DNA of 64,000 bases, taken from contig CANGGD010000001.1 in NCBI GenBank assembly GCA_947453295.1, positions 25,615-89,614 of the forward strand, read 5' to 3'. Origin of the DNA: Chitinophagaceae bacterium (lineage in GTDB: Bacteria; Bacteroidota; Bacteroidia; Chitinophagales; Chitinophagaceae). Every line of letters begins with the position of its first letter. Position 1 is the first letter of the stretch. The translations under genes and the position numbers were made by a program. Below, piece after piece: positions 10,901 through 20,234 of the stretch. The notes below the pieces were generated by a model, which saw only the letters and a program-made list of their open reading frames with translations, ran no database searches and had not been told where the DNA came from.

Positions 10901-12753
10901 CAAGAGGAACCAACAATCATTATCAATGGCAAGTAAGCACTGATGGCGGTGTTACTTATAACAACTTACTTAATGATACTTTTAATATTTTAACCATCAG
11001 CAATGTTGATTTATCGTTTAACAATAACAAATACAGAGTTCTTATTAGTAATGATTGTCCTTCAAATATTACTTCAAGTGAAGCTACTTTATCTGTAAAC
11101 ACTCCTGCTTCAATCGTTACTGGGCCGACTTCTCAAACAAATTGCGCTGGTACAAATGTAACCTTCAATGCAGTTGTAAATGGTTCTGCCAATAGTTATC
11201 AATGGCAAGTGAGTACAAATGGAGGTTCTTCTTTTACAGATATTGCAGGTGCAACAAGTGCTTCATTGACACTCAATAATGTAACTAGCACAATGAATAA
11301 CAATGTGTATCATTTAGTTGTTGCTAGTTGTAATCCAATTAATCTTTTATCCTCTGATGTTAGTTTAACTGTTAATAGCCCAGCAAACATTACAACAGAA
11401 CCTGTTAATGCAAATGGTTGTGTTGGTGGTAATGCAACATTCACTTCTATTGCTACTGGAACTAATATTACTTATCAATGGCAAGTAAGCACTGATGGCG
11501 GTGTTACTTTTTCAAACATAACAGGTGCAACAAATACTTCTCTATCATTAAATGCACTTACAACTTTACAAAACAATAATAAATACAGATTAATTGCTAC
11601 AGGAAATGCTTGCTCAAATACTGATACATCTGTTAGTGTTACGCTTACCGTAAGTGACAATGCAATTGTTACTTTACAACCTTCCAACATTAGTGAATGT
11701 CCGTCTCAAAATGTAGTATTCAGTACAACTGCTGTTGGAACAGGTATAACCTATCAATGGCAGGTTAGTACAAATGGTGGAACAAGCTTTACTAACATTA
11801 ATGGGCAAACAGGTTCAACATTAACTTTGAATACTATTAGTTCTTCAATGAATAATAACCAATACAGAGCAATGATCAATAGTCAATGTAACGCAGTTGG
11901 CATTTATTCTAATGCTGCTACTTTAACAGTAAAAGCCTTACCTGTTGTTGCAAATCAACCAAGCGACATTACAAGTTGTGTGAATTCAAATGTTACATTT
12001 AATGCTGCTGCAAATGATGTTGCCATATTAACATACCAGTGGCAAATGGCACCAAGCAGTAGTAATGTATTTAGTAATATTAATGGGGCAACTTCTAATA
12101 GCTTATCCTTAAATAATATTGCATCCAACATGAATAACAACAAATACAGATTGCAAATTTCAAGTGCTTCTGGTTGCGGACCAATATTTACAGATACTGT
12201 TTTATTACATGTTTCATCGCCTGCAGTAATTCAAACACAACCAATAGATGCTTCTGTTTCAATTGGATCTGATGCTACTTTCTCAGTAATTGCCTCTGGC
12301 ACAGAAATTAGTTATCAATGGCAAGTGAGTAGCGACTCTGGCTTAACTTTTAGAGATATTGCAGGGGCTACATCCAGCGCTTATTTATTATCGGGTGTAA
12401 GTATCAATAACGACAATTATCAATACAGAGTTGTTGTTAAAGAAGCAAGTTGTGGAAATATAATATCAAATAACGCAAAATTAAGTGTTGCATCTAGTGC
12501 ATTTATTTATCCAAATCCTACAAAAGATAATCTTAGTGTTAATTTAAATGAGCAAATTTTATCTAAAGGGAATATCAAAATAACTATGTTCGATTCAAAA
12601 GGATCAAGAGTGTACAACCAGGTTTTTGCAGTTTCAAAGAACAATAGATTATTAAATATTAAAACTGCTGGATTACAAAGCGGCACTTACTTTTTAGTAC
12701 TAACAGATAACAATGGTGTTGTACTTGAAAGAGCTAAAATTGTGATTGAGTAA
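7927..12753 (+). CDS. T9SS-secreted M36 (fungalysin) metallopeptidase with DUF11-like, beta-sandwich and six Ig-like domains
   Basis: Signal peptide VANA|QI; FTP/PepSY-like propeptide; HEYAH (9310-9324) plus GEGWSD; NNANFATP.DG; six YQWQ repeats; C-terminal IYPNP...G.YFL T9SS type A sorting domain. Confidence 0.9.
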   Translation: MRNGILLAFFVFGFFVANAQIDNDAIARQLVEKNQKNIGLSKQDLSNFFVSDNYIDNVSGARLVYLQQSYLDLPVYNEMQVLAFKQDQLISKSGGRITGIEKITNGNKGIPTISATDAVITALKDRKVKFSKSPMVVGSEKNGHLIVFDNMGIARENITAELMWVPVEDGKRVCLAWQVYIIPNTTSDFWMVRINATDNTVLNFNNLTVYCNWGEPTNAANNSENHTHSNVGAAASINHTANNLFDFTQNQTTNEFSLSPSVINNATYRVVPYPSESPKHFADTTAIVSNPWNNNVNTNAASLKWHSNGTTDYSFTKGNNVWAVEDRDGNNATTGSAAFSTSTSDPLAFEFKPNFTQSPTTATTAIPNQQFNITNLFYWNNIIHDITYAYGFDEVSGNFQANNQGRGGNGNDYVLADAQDGAGTNNANFATPADGSSGRMQMYLWNGSPQKDGDVDNGIVTHEYAHGISNRLTGGPAQAGCLSNAEQMGEGWSDYFALMYTQNWAIANLNTGFSSSRPMGTYAIGQAVNGAGIRTKKYCTNFTVNNLVYSNNTTLMGESHNRGELWCATLWDMTWNIITQVGTINPNLYNANAAGGNSIALKLVTEGMKLQPCSPGFIDGRDAILQADQILYNGAYSCAIREAFRRRGMGAFASQGSSGSTTDQVPDFTLGSATQGLTQSVTEVLEGDNITYTNTLTADACGTVSNFLLTDTLPLNVTYVSGGSYNAANRVVSFPVNLTAGQVQQYQFTVKVNAGAYFPTVTLFEDLVPNGTATPTWTPTTNSTANWAVSEARSFSPTRSYFSSNLDTLSDERLTLTTPINLGSNPPRLSFRHWFNTESTYDGGVLEISTNGGTTWTDVQNNILKGGYIATMDATTIIPGRKAWSGSSNNKFIKTIVNLLPYANQSVLFRFRFSSDVGTAVEGWYIDDIAIKNQAVVEMQSNLYNASNVKVLEIDTFTIILPTNNCVNAAINTPPANANVCIGNNATFSTSARGTNNHYQWQVSTDGGVTYNNLLNDTFNILTISNVDLSFNNNKYRVLISNDCPSNITSSEATLSVNTPASIVTGPTSQTNCAGTNVTFNAVVNGSANSYQWQVSTNGGSSFTDIAGATSASLTLNNVTSTMNNNVYHLVVASCNPINLLSSDVSLTVNSPANITTEPVNANGCVGGNATFTSIATGTNITYQWQVSTDGGVTFSNITGATNTSLSLNALTTLQNNNKYRLIATGNACSNTDTSVSVTLTVSDNAIVTLQPSNISECPSQNVVFSTTAVGTGITYQWQVSTNGGTSFTNINGQTGSTLTLNTISSSMNNNQYRAMINSQCNAVGIYSNAATLTVKALPVVANQPSDITSCVNSNVTFNAAANDVAILTYQWQMAPSSSNVFSNINGATSNSLSLNNIASNMNNNKYRLQISSASGCGPIFTDTVLLHVSSPAVIQTQPIDASVSIGSDATFSVIASGTEISYQWQVSSDSGLTFRDIAGATSSAYLLSGVSINNDNYQYRVVVKEASCGNIISNNAKLSVASSAFIYPNPTKDNLSVNLNEQILSKGNIKITMFDSKGSRVYNQVFAVSKNNRLLNIKTAGLQSGTYFLVLTDNNGVVLERAKIVIE
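10920..11509 (+). repeat. 38-nt exact direct repeat pair inside Ig-like repeats 1 and 3
   Basis: TTATCAATGGCAAGTAAGCACTGATGGCGGTGTTACTT at 10920-10957 and 11472-11509. Confidence 0.85.
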
Positions 12754-12772
12754 AATTATAATTGAATTTTTT

Positions 12773-12812
12773 AAGAGGCTGTCTCCAAATATTGAGGCAG
12801 CCTCTTTTTTTT
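12773..12812 (+). terminator. intrinsic terminator after M36 peptidase
   Basis: AAGAGGCTGTCTC-caaatatt-GAGGCAGCCTCTT followed by a T-run. Confidence 0.85.
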
Positions 12813-12961
12813 ACATGCTATTTAATTTATTTTGATGTAATTATTATTGGTGTGAATGATTCTCACGAAAAAAAAATATATTTACTCAAAATATTTAAAT
12901 TGTTGAAGAAAGAGTTTATTCTGAAAAAACGACAATCAATTTACACAACTGCTTTTTTATC

Positions 12962-14338
12962 ATGTCTGAAAAATCAATTAAATTTTTAGCTGAAAGCACG
13001 CTCAAATCAAGAGACTTAGAGCATAGAAGGAAAATTAATTTCAATATTGGCAAATACAATACTGTAGTTCCTTTTGGGAAGTCTCAATTTATAAATGTTA
13101 ATCTTGCCCGAGAAAAAGCAAAAAATATTAAATGGAAGGCAATTGAAAATCTTGATAAACAATTAGAAGATTTCGAGGTTGCTTTTAGCGGTAGAGGCGG
13201 AAAAGTTATTTGGGCAGAAGATGCTAATCAAGCCATTGAAGCTATATTACAAATTTGCAGTGAGAAGAATTGCAAAACCTTAGTGAAAAGTAAGAGCATG
13301 GTTACAGAAGAAATTCATCTCAATTCGGCATTAGCAAAACATAATATTGAAAGTATTGAAACTGATTTAGGAGAATACATTCAACAATTGGATGATGAGG
13401 CTCCTTATCATATTGTAACACCAGCCATGCATAAAAGTAAAGAAGATGTGGCAAAATTATTTGCGGAAAAATTAGGAACAGACCCTAATTTAACGCCTCA
13501 AGAACTTACTTTGGTGGCAAGGAATATTCTTCGAAAAAAATATACAGAAGCGGAAGTTGGTGTAACAGGCGCAAATTTTTTAATCAGTGATATTGGTGGA
13601 ATTGCAATCACTGAAAATGAAGGCAATGCAAGATTAAGTTGTGCTTTTCCTAAAACACATATTGTTGTAGTGGGCATTGAAAAAATGATTCCTTCTATTT
13701 CAGATCTTGGATTGTTTTGGCCATTGCTAAGCACTTTTGGAACAGGACAGCAAATGACTGTTTACAATTCAATTGTTACAGGGCCGCGTCAATCTAATGA
13801 AGCTGATGGTCCGGATGAGATGTATGTTATTTTATTGGATAATGGAAGAACTAATATTTTAAATAATCCCAAACAAAGAGAAAGTCTTTACTGTATTAGA
13901 TGTGGTGCATGTTTGAATGCTTGTCCAGTTTATAAAAATATTGGTGGTCATACTTACGATGCCACATACAGCGGACCAATTGGAAGTGTAATTACTCCGC
14001 ATTTGCAAAACATGAAATCATACAAGCATTTAAGTTATGCTTCTTCTTTGTGTGGTAATTGTACTGAAGTATGTGCTGTAAAAATAAATTTACACGAATT
14101 GTTACTTGATAACAGGCACGAATCTGTTGAACAAGGTAATGCAGAACTTTCTGAAAAAATCGCCTGGAAAGCATGGAGAATAGGGAGTTTATATAGAAAA
14201 TTGATGAACGTAGGCAATGGAAAAATTAAGAGTAAAGTGGTGAATAAAGTTTTTACTTCCTGGACACTAAGCAGAGGCGCATTAGATTTTAGCGAAAAAA
14301 CATTTAACCAACTTTGGAAAGAAAAGCATCCAAAATGA
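12962..14338 (+). CDS. lutB: lactate utilization protein B (LutB/LldF family iron-sulfur protein)
   Basis: KSKSMVTEEI, ETDLGEYI.QL..E.P.HIV.PA.H, CIRCGACLNACPVY and SSLCGNC.EVC.VKI 4Fe-4S motifs. Confidence 0.9.
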   Translation: MSEKSIKFLAESTLKSRDLEHRRKINFNIGKYNTVVPFGKSQFINVNLAREKAKNIKWKAIENLDKQLEDFEVAFSGRGGKVIWAEDANQAIEAILQICSEKNCKTLVKSKSMVTEEIHLNSALAKHNIESIETDLGEYIQQLDDEAPYHIVTPAMHKSKEDVAKLFAEKLGTDPNLTPQELTLVARNILRKKYTEAEVGVTGANFLISDIGGIAITENEGNARLSCAFPKTHIVVVGIEKMIPSISDLGLFWPLLSTFGTGQQMTVYNSIVTGPRQSNEADGPDEMYVILLDNGRTNILNNPKQRESLYCIRCGACLNACPVYKNIGGHTYDATYSGPIGSVITPHLQNMKSYKHLSYASSLCGNCTEVCAVKINLHELLLDNRHESVEQGNAELSEKIAWKAWRIGSLYRKLMNVGNGKIKSKVVNKVFTSWTLSRGALDFSEKTFNQLWKEKHPK

Positions 14339-15627
14339 TTTTATTTTATTCAGATACTATTACTGAAAGAATTAAATATGTTGTTCCTTTTATCTTGAAA
14401 GAACAAATGGGCATTGATGTTGAAATCACAAGTGACTATTCTTATTGTGAGCAATCTTCTTCCTTCATCATTAATTATAGCTCCAGTGTTTTTCAAAAAA
14501 ATACTTTTAATATCTTACCCCATGGTCTATTAAATGAAACAAACATAGTTGAACAAGAAATTAATTGCATTAATCAGCACAACTACAATTCGTTTTTTCA
14601 AATTGAAAACAGTCATTTTTCATTTGATGTTTTTGCAGCTGTATTTTATTTAATTAGCAGATATGAAGAATATTTGCCTCATCAAAAAGATGAATATGGT
14701 AGGTTTGCTCACACAAATTCAATTGCATATAAACAAGAATTTTTAAATCGGCCAATTGTCAATATTTGGATTGATGAATTTTCTAAAGCTATACAAAAAC
14801 ACTGGCCTTCACTGGAAATAGTAAAGCCCTTTTTCAATTCAATTATCACTCATGATATTGATATGGCTTGGTCTTATAAACACAAAGGGATTTTAAGAAA
14901 CATTGGAGGATTTCTTAAACGACCGAATGTAAATAGATTATTAGTTTTATTGAGCCTAAAGAAAGATCCGTTTGATAGTTATGGATTTATTGATGAAAAC
15001 ATAAAGACCAAAAGAATTAAGTCTTTGTTTTTTTTCCTGCTTGCCAGAAAAGTTTCTGATTACGATAAAAATATTTCTCCAAAAAATTATGCTTTTAAAA
15101 AATTAATCGTCAATACATCAAGAAAATATACGCTTGGTATTCACCCTTCATGGCAAAGCAATTTCAAAGACAAATTAATGAAGCATGAAAAAATAAAATT
15201 GGAAATAATTACAGAACAATACATTACACATTCTAGACAACATTATATTAAATTTAGTTTGCCTGATACGTATCAAGAATTAATAAAAGCGGGTATTTCA
15301 AATGAATTTAGCATGGGATATGGAAGCATCAATGGATTTAGGGCTTCGGTTGCAAGTAGCTTTTTTTGGTATGATTTAAGCAAGGAAGAAACCACCTCGC
15401 TTCGAGTATATCCATTCTGTTTTATGGATGCTAATAGTCATTATGAACAGCGCCAATCCATTGTGCAATCTCAACAAGAACTTGTGTATTACTATGAAAT
15501 CATAAAAAAACACAACGGATTGTTTATACCAATCTTTCACAATAATTTTTTAGGAACAAATAAGGAGTTTAAAGGGTGGAAAGAAATCTACACTCAACTT
15601 ATTAATACAATTCATGAAAATCAATAA
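14335..15627 (+). CDS. polysaccharide deacetylase-like protein (DUF7033 N-terminus)
   Basis: YLISRYEEY, DEYGRF, THDID, GIHPS, SRQHY, MGY...GFRAS, IFHN motifs; ATG at 14335 overlaps the lutB stop (ATGA). Confidence 0.75.
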   Translation: MILFYSDTITERIKYVVPFILKEQMGIDVEITSDYSYCEQSSSFIINYSSSVFQKNTFNILPHGLLNETNIVEQEINCINQHNYNSFFQIENSHFSFDVFAAVFYLISRYEEYLPHQKDEYGRFAHTNSIAYKQEFLNRPIVNIWIDEFSKAIQKHWPSLEIVKPFFNSIITHDIDMAWSYKHKGILRNIGGFLKRPNVNRLLVLLSLKKDPFDSYGFIDENIKTKRIKSLFFFLLARKVSDYDKNISPKNYAFKKLIVNTSRKYTLGIHPSWQSNFKDKLMKHEKIKLEIITEQYITHSRQHYIKFSLPDTYQELIKAGISNEFSMGYGSINGFRASVASSFFWYDLSKEETTSLRVYPFCFMDANSHYEQRQSIVQSQQELVYYYEIIKKHNGLFIPIFHNNFLGTNKEFKGWKEIYTQLINTIHENQ

Positions 15628-15632
15628 TCAAA

Positions 15633-16535
15633 TTATATTTTGATTTCTTTTTTTACACTCCGATTCACGATATATACTCCAATTAATGTTATAATTGTTC
15701 CGAATAAAATCGAGAGCGTTAATTGTTCTTTTAAAAAAACGGCTGCTACTATCATAGCCACAATTGGATTAAAATATGCATATAGCGACGATATCGCTGC
15801 AGGCAATGTTTTTAAACTGTAAATAAATGCAATGAAACTTGTGATTGATCCTGCCGTTATTAAATAAAAAATGGCTGTCCAACCCTTAATACTAATTTGT
15901 GAATAAGGAACATTTGTATGAGTTGCAGAAGTGAAAATAAACAACATCGCCGAACCCATTATCATTTGCCAACCCATTCCATAATAGGAATTTATAGTGA
16001 GATAATGTTTTGATAAAAAAATAGTTCCCACACTCCAAGACAACATTGCTATTATTGAAAGCACCAATCCTAATAATAGTTCAGGCGTTATGGTGGCAAA
16101 CATGTTTTGTGAAAACACATATCCAATTCCAATGATGCCAATAATCAATCCCAAAAATGTTAATGAAGAAACATTTTTCTTCTTATAAAATATCCATTCA
16201 ATCAACACAACACTTAATGGATACAATGCTCCAATTAAAGCTGCCAATCCAGTTGGAATATATTTTAATCCCCAAGTACTTAGTCCGTTAGCTAAAAAGA
16301 AATTTAATAAAGCCATTACAAATAAAGACTTAAAATCTTTTTTTGTAGGTATTCGCTCTTTTTTAATGACTAGAAAAAAAATAAGAAATAAACTTCCTGC
16401 TATAAACTGACGGATGGAACATAATTGCAAGCCTGGTATATCGTGAACAGCATATTTACTGGCTACCCAAGTTGTTCCCCATAATATGCTTGTTGCTGTT
16501 AATGCTATGTACCCTTTTGTGGTGGTGGTTTTCAA
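15633..16535 (-). CDS. EamA/DMT family transporter
   Basis: About 10 TM in two EamA repeats; LWGTTW, GWQM..G, Y.Y.NPIVA motifs; TTG start. Confidence 0.88.
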   Translation of the reverse strand: MKTTTTKGYIALTATSILWGTTWVASKYAVHDIPGLQLCSIRQFIAGSLFLIFFLVIKKERIPTKKDFKSLFVMALLNFFLANGLSTWGLKYIPTGLAALIGALYPLSVVLIEWIFYKKKNVSSLTFLGLIIGIIGIGYVFSQNMFATITPELLLGLVLSIIAMLSWSVGTIFLSKHYLTINSYYGMGWQMIMGSAMLFIFTSATHTNVPYSQISIKGWTAIFYLITAGSITSFIAFIYSLKTLPAAISSLYAYFNPIVAMIVAAVFLKEQLTLSILFGTIITLIGVYIVNRSVKKEIKI

Positions 16536-16541
16536 ATTGTA

Positions 16542-18059
16542 TTAGTGTTTGAAATGTCTTTGTCCCGTAATAACCATTACTAAATTATTTTCCTTGCAAT
16601 AATTAATAGAATCTGCATCTCTGATAGAGCCGCCCGGTTGGATAAATACTTCTATTCCATTTTTATGTGCAATTTTAACACAATCATCAAATGGGAAAAA
16701 AGCATCACTGGCAAGTACTGCACCTTGTAAATCAAATTGAAATTGATGCGCTTTTTCTATTGCATGTCTTAATGCATCAATTCTGCTCGTTTGGCCGCAG
16801 CCTTTACCTATTAATTGTTTGTTTTTAATTAATGCAATGGCATTACTCTTTAAATGTTTACATACAATATTCGCAAACTTCATGTTTTCTTGTTCCTCTT
16901 GATTCGAAACTCTTCCGCCTTCTTCTTTCCACTCTTGAAAATTTCCTATATCTGAAGCTTGTGATAAAACGCCTGTTAATAATGATTTCGTTTGTACAAT
17001 TGGCAATTCAAATTCTTTCAGTTGTAGAACAATTCTGTTTTTCTTGGATTGTAACAAAGTCAATGCTGCTGTTTCAAATGAAGGGGCAATTAACACTTCA
17101 AAAAACAAATCATTTATAGCTGCTGCTGTTGATAAATCTATTGTTTGATTACAAACTAATACTCCTCCAAATGCGCTTTCCGGATCTCCAGCTAAAGCTA
17201 AATCCCATGCAGCTTTTACAGACTGTGCTTGTGCAATTCCACAAACGTTTGTATGCTTAATGATTGCAAATGTTGTTTCGTTGAATTCTTTAATCAATTG
17301 AATAGCCGCTTCCACATCAACTAAATTATTATAAGAAAGCTCTTTTCCATTTAACTGATTAAACACCTCATTCAAATTGCCATAAAAATTGGCTGTTTGA
17401 TGTGGATTTTCACCATATCGCAGTACTCTTTTTTCCTGATTAAAAGGACTATTGATGGAAGTTTGATTGAAATAATTTGATATGGCTGTATCATATGCAG
17501 TGCAAACATCAAAAGCTTTAATTGCAAAAAATCGTCTTTGTTCTAAAGTAGTTTGCCCGTTTTGTGATTGTAAAATTTCTAACAATAATTGATATTCTCT
17601 TTTTGCAGATACCACCAACACATCTTGATGATTTTTTGCAGCTGCACGAATCATAGAGGGTCCGCCAATGTCAATTTTTTCTATAATTGGACTTTCATCT
17701 TCAATGGATTGATTGGCGAAACTTTTTACAGTTTCTTCAAATGGATACAAATCAACCATTACCAAATCAAAAGATGGAATATTATATTGCTGCATTTCTT
17801 GTTGGTGAATTTCATCATTTCTTTTCCCAAGAATTCCTCCAAAAACCAATGGATGTAATGTTTTAACCCTTCCTCCTAAAATAGAGGGAAATCCTGTTAA
17901 TGTCTCAACTGGAACACAAGGAATGTTTTGTTCTTCTATAAAAGCTCTTGTACCTCCAGTACTGTAAATAGTTACACCTTGTTCGTGTAACAATTGAACA
18001 ATTGATGCTAAGCCATCTTTATAAAAGACAGAAATTAATGCCGATTGAATTTTTTTCAT
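16542..18059 (-). CDS. purH: bifunctional AICAR transformylase/IMP cyclohydrolase
   Basis: STGGT, GGRVKTLHP, IDIGGPSM.RAAAKN, LRYGENPHQ, KHTN, SDAFFPF, QPGGSIRD, RHFKH. Confidence 0.98.
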   Translation of the reverse strand: MKKIQSALISVFYKDGLASIVQLLHEQGVTIYSTGGTRAFIEEQNIPCVPVETLTGFPSILGGRVKTLHPLVFGGILGKRNDEIHQQEMQQYNIPSFDLVMVDLYPFEETVKSFANQSIEDESPIIEKIDIGGPSMIRAAAKNHQDVLVVSAKREYQLLLEILQSQNGQTTLEQRRFFAIKAFDVCTAYDTAISNYFNQTSINSPFNQEKRVLRYGENPHQTANFYGNLNEVFNQLNGKELSYNNLVDVEAAIQLIKEFNETTFAIIKHTNVCGIAQAQSVKAAWDLALAGDPESAFGGVLVCNQTIDLSTAAAINDLFFEVLIAPSFETAALTLLQSKKNRIVLQLKEFELPIVQTKSLLTGVLSQASDIGNFQEWKEEGGRVSNQEEQENMKFANIVCKHLKSNAIALIKNKQLIGKGCGQTSRIDALRHAIEKAHQFQFDLQGAVLASDAFFPFDDCVKIAHKNGIEVFIQPGGSIRDADSINYCKENNLVMVITGQRHFKH

Positions 18060-18085
18060 TTAATTATTATTACAGTTGAAAATGA

Positions 18086-20200
18086 TTACTGTTTCAAGTT
18101 TTTCGATGTGCTAATTGTGTTATTCAATAAATTGTAAATAATTGCACCATCGTCCGGTATCGAAAAGCACTGCAAATGTAAAGCCGAACATTCTTTTTTC
18201 CATTTTGCAATTTTCCACAAACTGTTAGCAGCATCAAAAATGATCAATTGAGTGTGAATCAAAGAAAGTATTTCTTTCAAGTCTTTGTTTCTAAAATTAG
18301 ATATTATAAGGATATCAACGGTTTTGCTTTGAATCAATCGCTCAATCCTAAATGTGGAATCAATGATCATTATTTTTTTGTTATTAAATTTTATTGTTTG
18401 ATTTACCCAATCGTTTATTAGCAAAACGGGATGAAATGCATGAAAATATTGTCTGCTCTGTTGAAGCATTTTGTTTTCATTTATATTTTTATCGCCTATA
18501 TAAACATAATGATTTGAAAAAATGAAATCTATAGCCATTTTGTGTGGTGTGTTATACATAATAAATTTTTTCTGTTGTTGATCTTTTATTTTTCCGTAAG
18601 AATTATAAAGAATACAAAAAGCAGATATAAACAAAGAGAATATTAATCCGTTTTTATTTTTATTGATTATTGAATTTATACAAATAACAATAAAAATGTA
18701 AAGTAGTATGGTAGAAAAAATATCAACTCCAATATTTTTTATCGTAGAGAATGGCAATTGATTTACAAATAGTACAAATTGATTCATTTGTTTAATTAAA
18801 ATGAAACAACAATCACCAACGGTATTTGCTAATAAATTAAAAGGAGAAATAATCATCAGTAAAATCTCGGCAAACAAAATAATAGTAGATAGAGGCACGC
18901 ATATTAAATTAGCAATTAAAAAATAATTAGGAAATTGATGAAAATAGTAAATGCAAATGGGAAAAGTTATTATTTGTGCAGCTATTGTAATCGAAATCAT
19001 TTCCCATATTTTTCTGCTGATTTTGTTTTTAAAAAAAATTAATCGCTGAATAGGTTTTTGCAACCAAACAATTCCAATGATCGCAAGATAGCTGAGTTGA
19101 AAACCAACATCCCATAAAAAATAAGGGTTGTAAAGAAGCATGAGAAATGCAGAGGCTGCTAAGCTGTTGTATACTGTTGCTTTTCGATGGAGTGCTTTAC
19201 CAATAATTACACAAGTAAACATAACAGCACTTCTAAGTACAGAAGCTGATGCACCTGTGATGAAAGAAAAAATCCAAAGAAAAATAATTATTGAAATGGC
19301 TTTTAACCAATTTGATTTTTTAAAAAGAGGAATAAGGTTGAACAAACTATTTATTCCAATATACAACAAGCCAAGGTGTAAACCGGAGATTGCAATTATG
19401 TGAACGATGCCCGTATTGCTATAAGCCTGAACAATGTCTTGATCCAAATCTTTTTTATATCCAATAAATAACGCCTCTGCAATTCCAAGTGTTTGTTTAT
19501 CATGAGAAATAAATAATTGGAAATTCTTCACAACTGATTGCTGAAACGAAAAAATAAATTCATTGAAATAGTTTATTTCATGAAAGTTCAACTTTATGCA
19601 CTCTTCTTTTTTTAAATATACTTGATGATAAATTTGTTGAAAGGCTTGATACTGTTTGTAATTAAATGAACCTGGATTGCCGTTATTTTGAATCCGATGA
19701 ATAGATTTATTAATAAAAATAAAATCACCCATACATAATGATTGTGCGTTATGTTCAATATATACTATCATGCTTCCAACAGCCGGCTTGTGTACATTTT
19801 TTTGAACAACATATTTTACAGAACACTTCAACCTAAAATTCTTAGCCATTGAATCAATGGGTTCGTCTATTCTTAGCATTAACCCATCGCCATCCTTATA
19901 AATATTTCCATACCAGTTTTGTCTGTTTTGTAAATCTTTGTTGAATGTGATGAGAGATCCAAAGAAAGCAACTATACACAATAAAAAAATAGTTTGTGCC
20001 CGTCTAAACTTGTATTTGAGTGAGAGGGAAAGAAAATTGAATGAAAAATAATTAACTATAAAAAATACGCCGACAAAAAAAAGTACAAATATGGAGAACG
20101 AAAAATACCATTGTAACAAAATGCCAATCATTAATGAAATAACGATTCTTACAAATGGAGCTTGCTTCCATACAGGTATGCGAAAGAGTTGCATACTCAA
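18086..20200 (-). CDS. comEC: ComEC/Rec2 competence membrane protein
   Basis: NPGSFNY, GIVHIIAISGLH, SASVLRS, DVGFQLSY, ANLI motifs; start may be the ATG at 20194. Confidence 0.9.
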   Translation of the reverse strand: MSMQLFRIPVWKQAPFVRIVISLMIGILLQWYFSFSIFVLFFVGVFFIVNYFSFNFLSLSLKYKFRRAQTIFLLCIVAFFGSLITFNKDLQNRQNWYGNIYKDGDGLMLRIDEPIDSMAKNFRLKCSVKYVVQKNVHKPAVGSMIVYIEHNAQSLCMGDFIFINKSIHRIQNNGNPGSFNYKQYQAFQQIYHQVYLKKEECIKLNFHEINYFNEFIFSFQQSVVKNFQLFISHDKQTLGIAEALFIGYKKDLDQDIVQAYSNTGIVHIIAISGLHLGLLYIGINSLFNLIPLFKKSNWLKAISIIIFLWIFSFITGASASVLRSAVMFTCVIIGKALHRKATVYNSLAASAFLMLLYNPYFLWDVGFQLSYLAIIGIVWLQKPIQRLIFFKNKISRKIWEMISITIAAQIITFPICIYYFHQFPNYFLIANLICVPLSTIILFAEILLMIISPFNLLANTVGDCCFILIKQMNQFVLFVNQLPFSTIKNIGVDIFSTILLYIFIVICINSIINKNKNGLIFSLFISAFCILYNSYGKIKDQQQKKFIMYNTPHKMAIDFIFSNHYVYIGDKNINENKMLQQSRQYFHAFHPVLLINDWVNQTIKFNNKKIMIIDSTFRIERLIQSKTVDILIISNFRNKDLKEILSLIHTQLIIFDAANSLWKIAKWKKECSALHLQCFSIPDDGAIIYNLLNNTISTSKNLKQ

Positions 20201-20234
20201 AAATAGCTCCTTGATATTTTTTTCTTACTGAAGT

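Noticed and set aside
12762-12989. 75-aa ORF between the M36 gene and lutB
   Set aside because: It runs through the intrinsic terminator, is very AT-rich and has no recognisable features.
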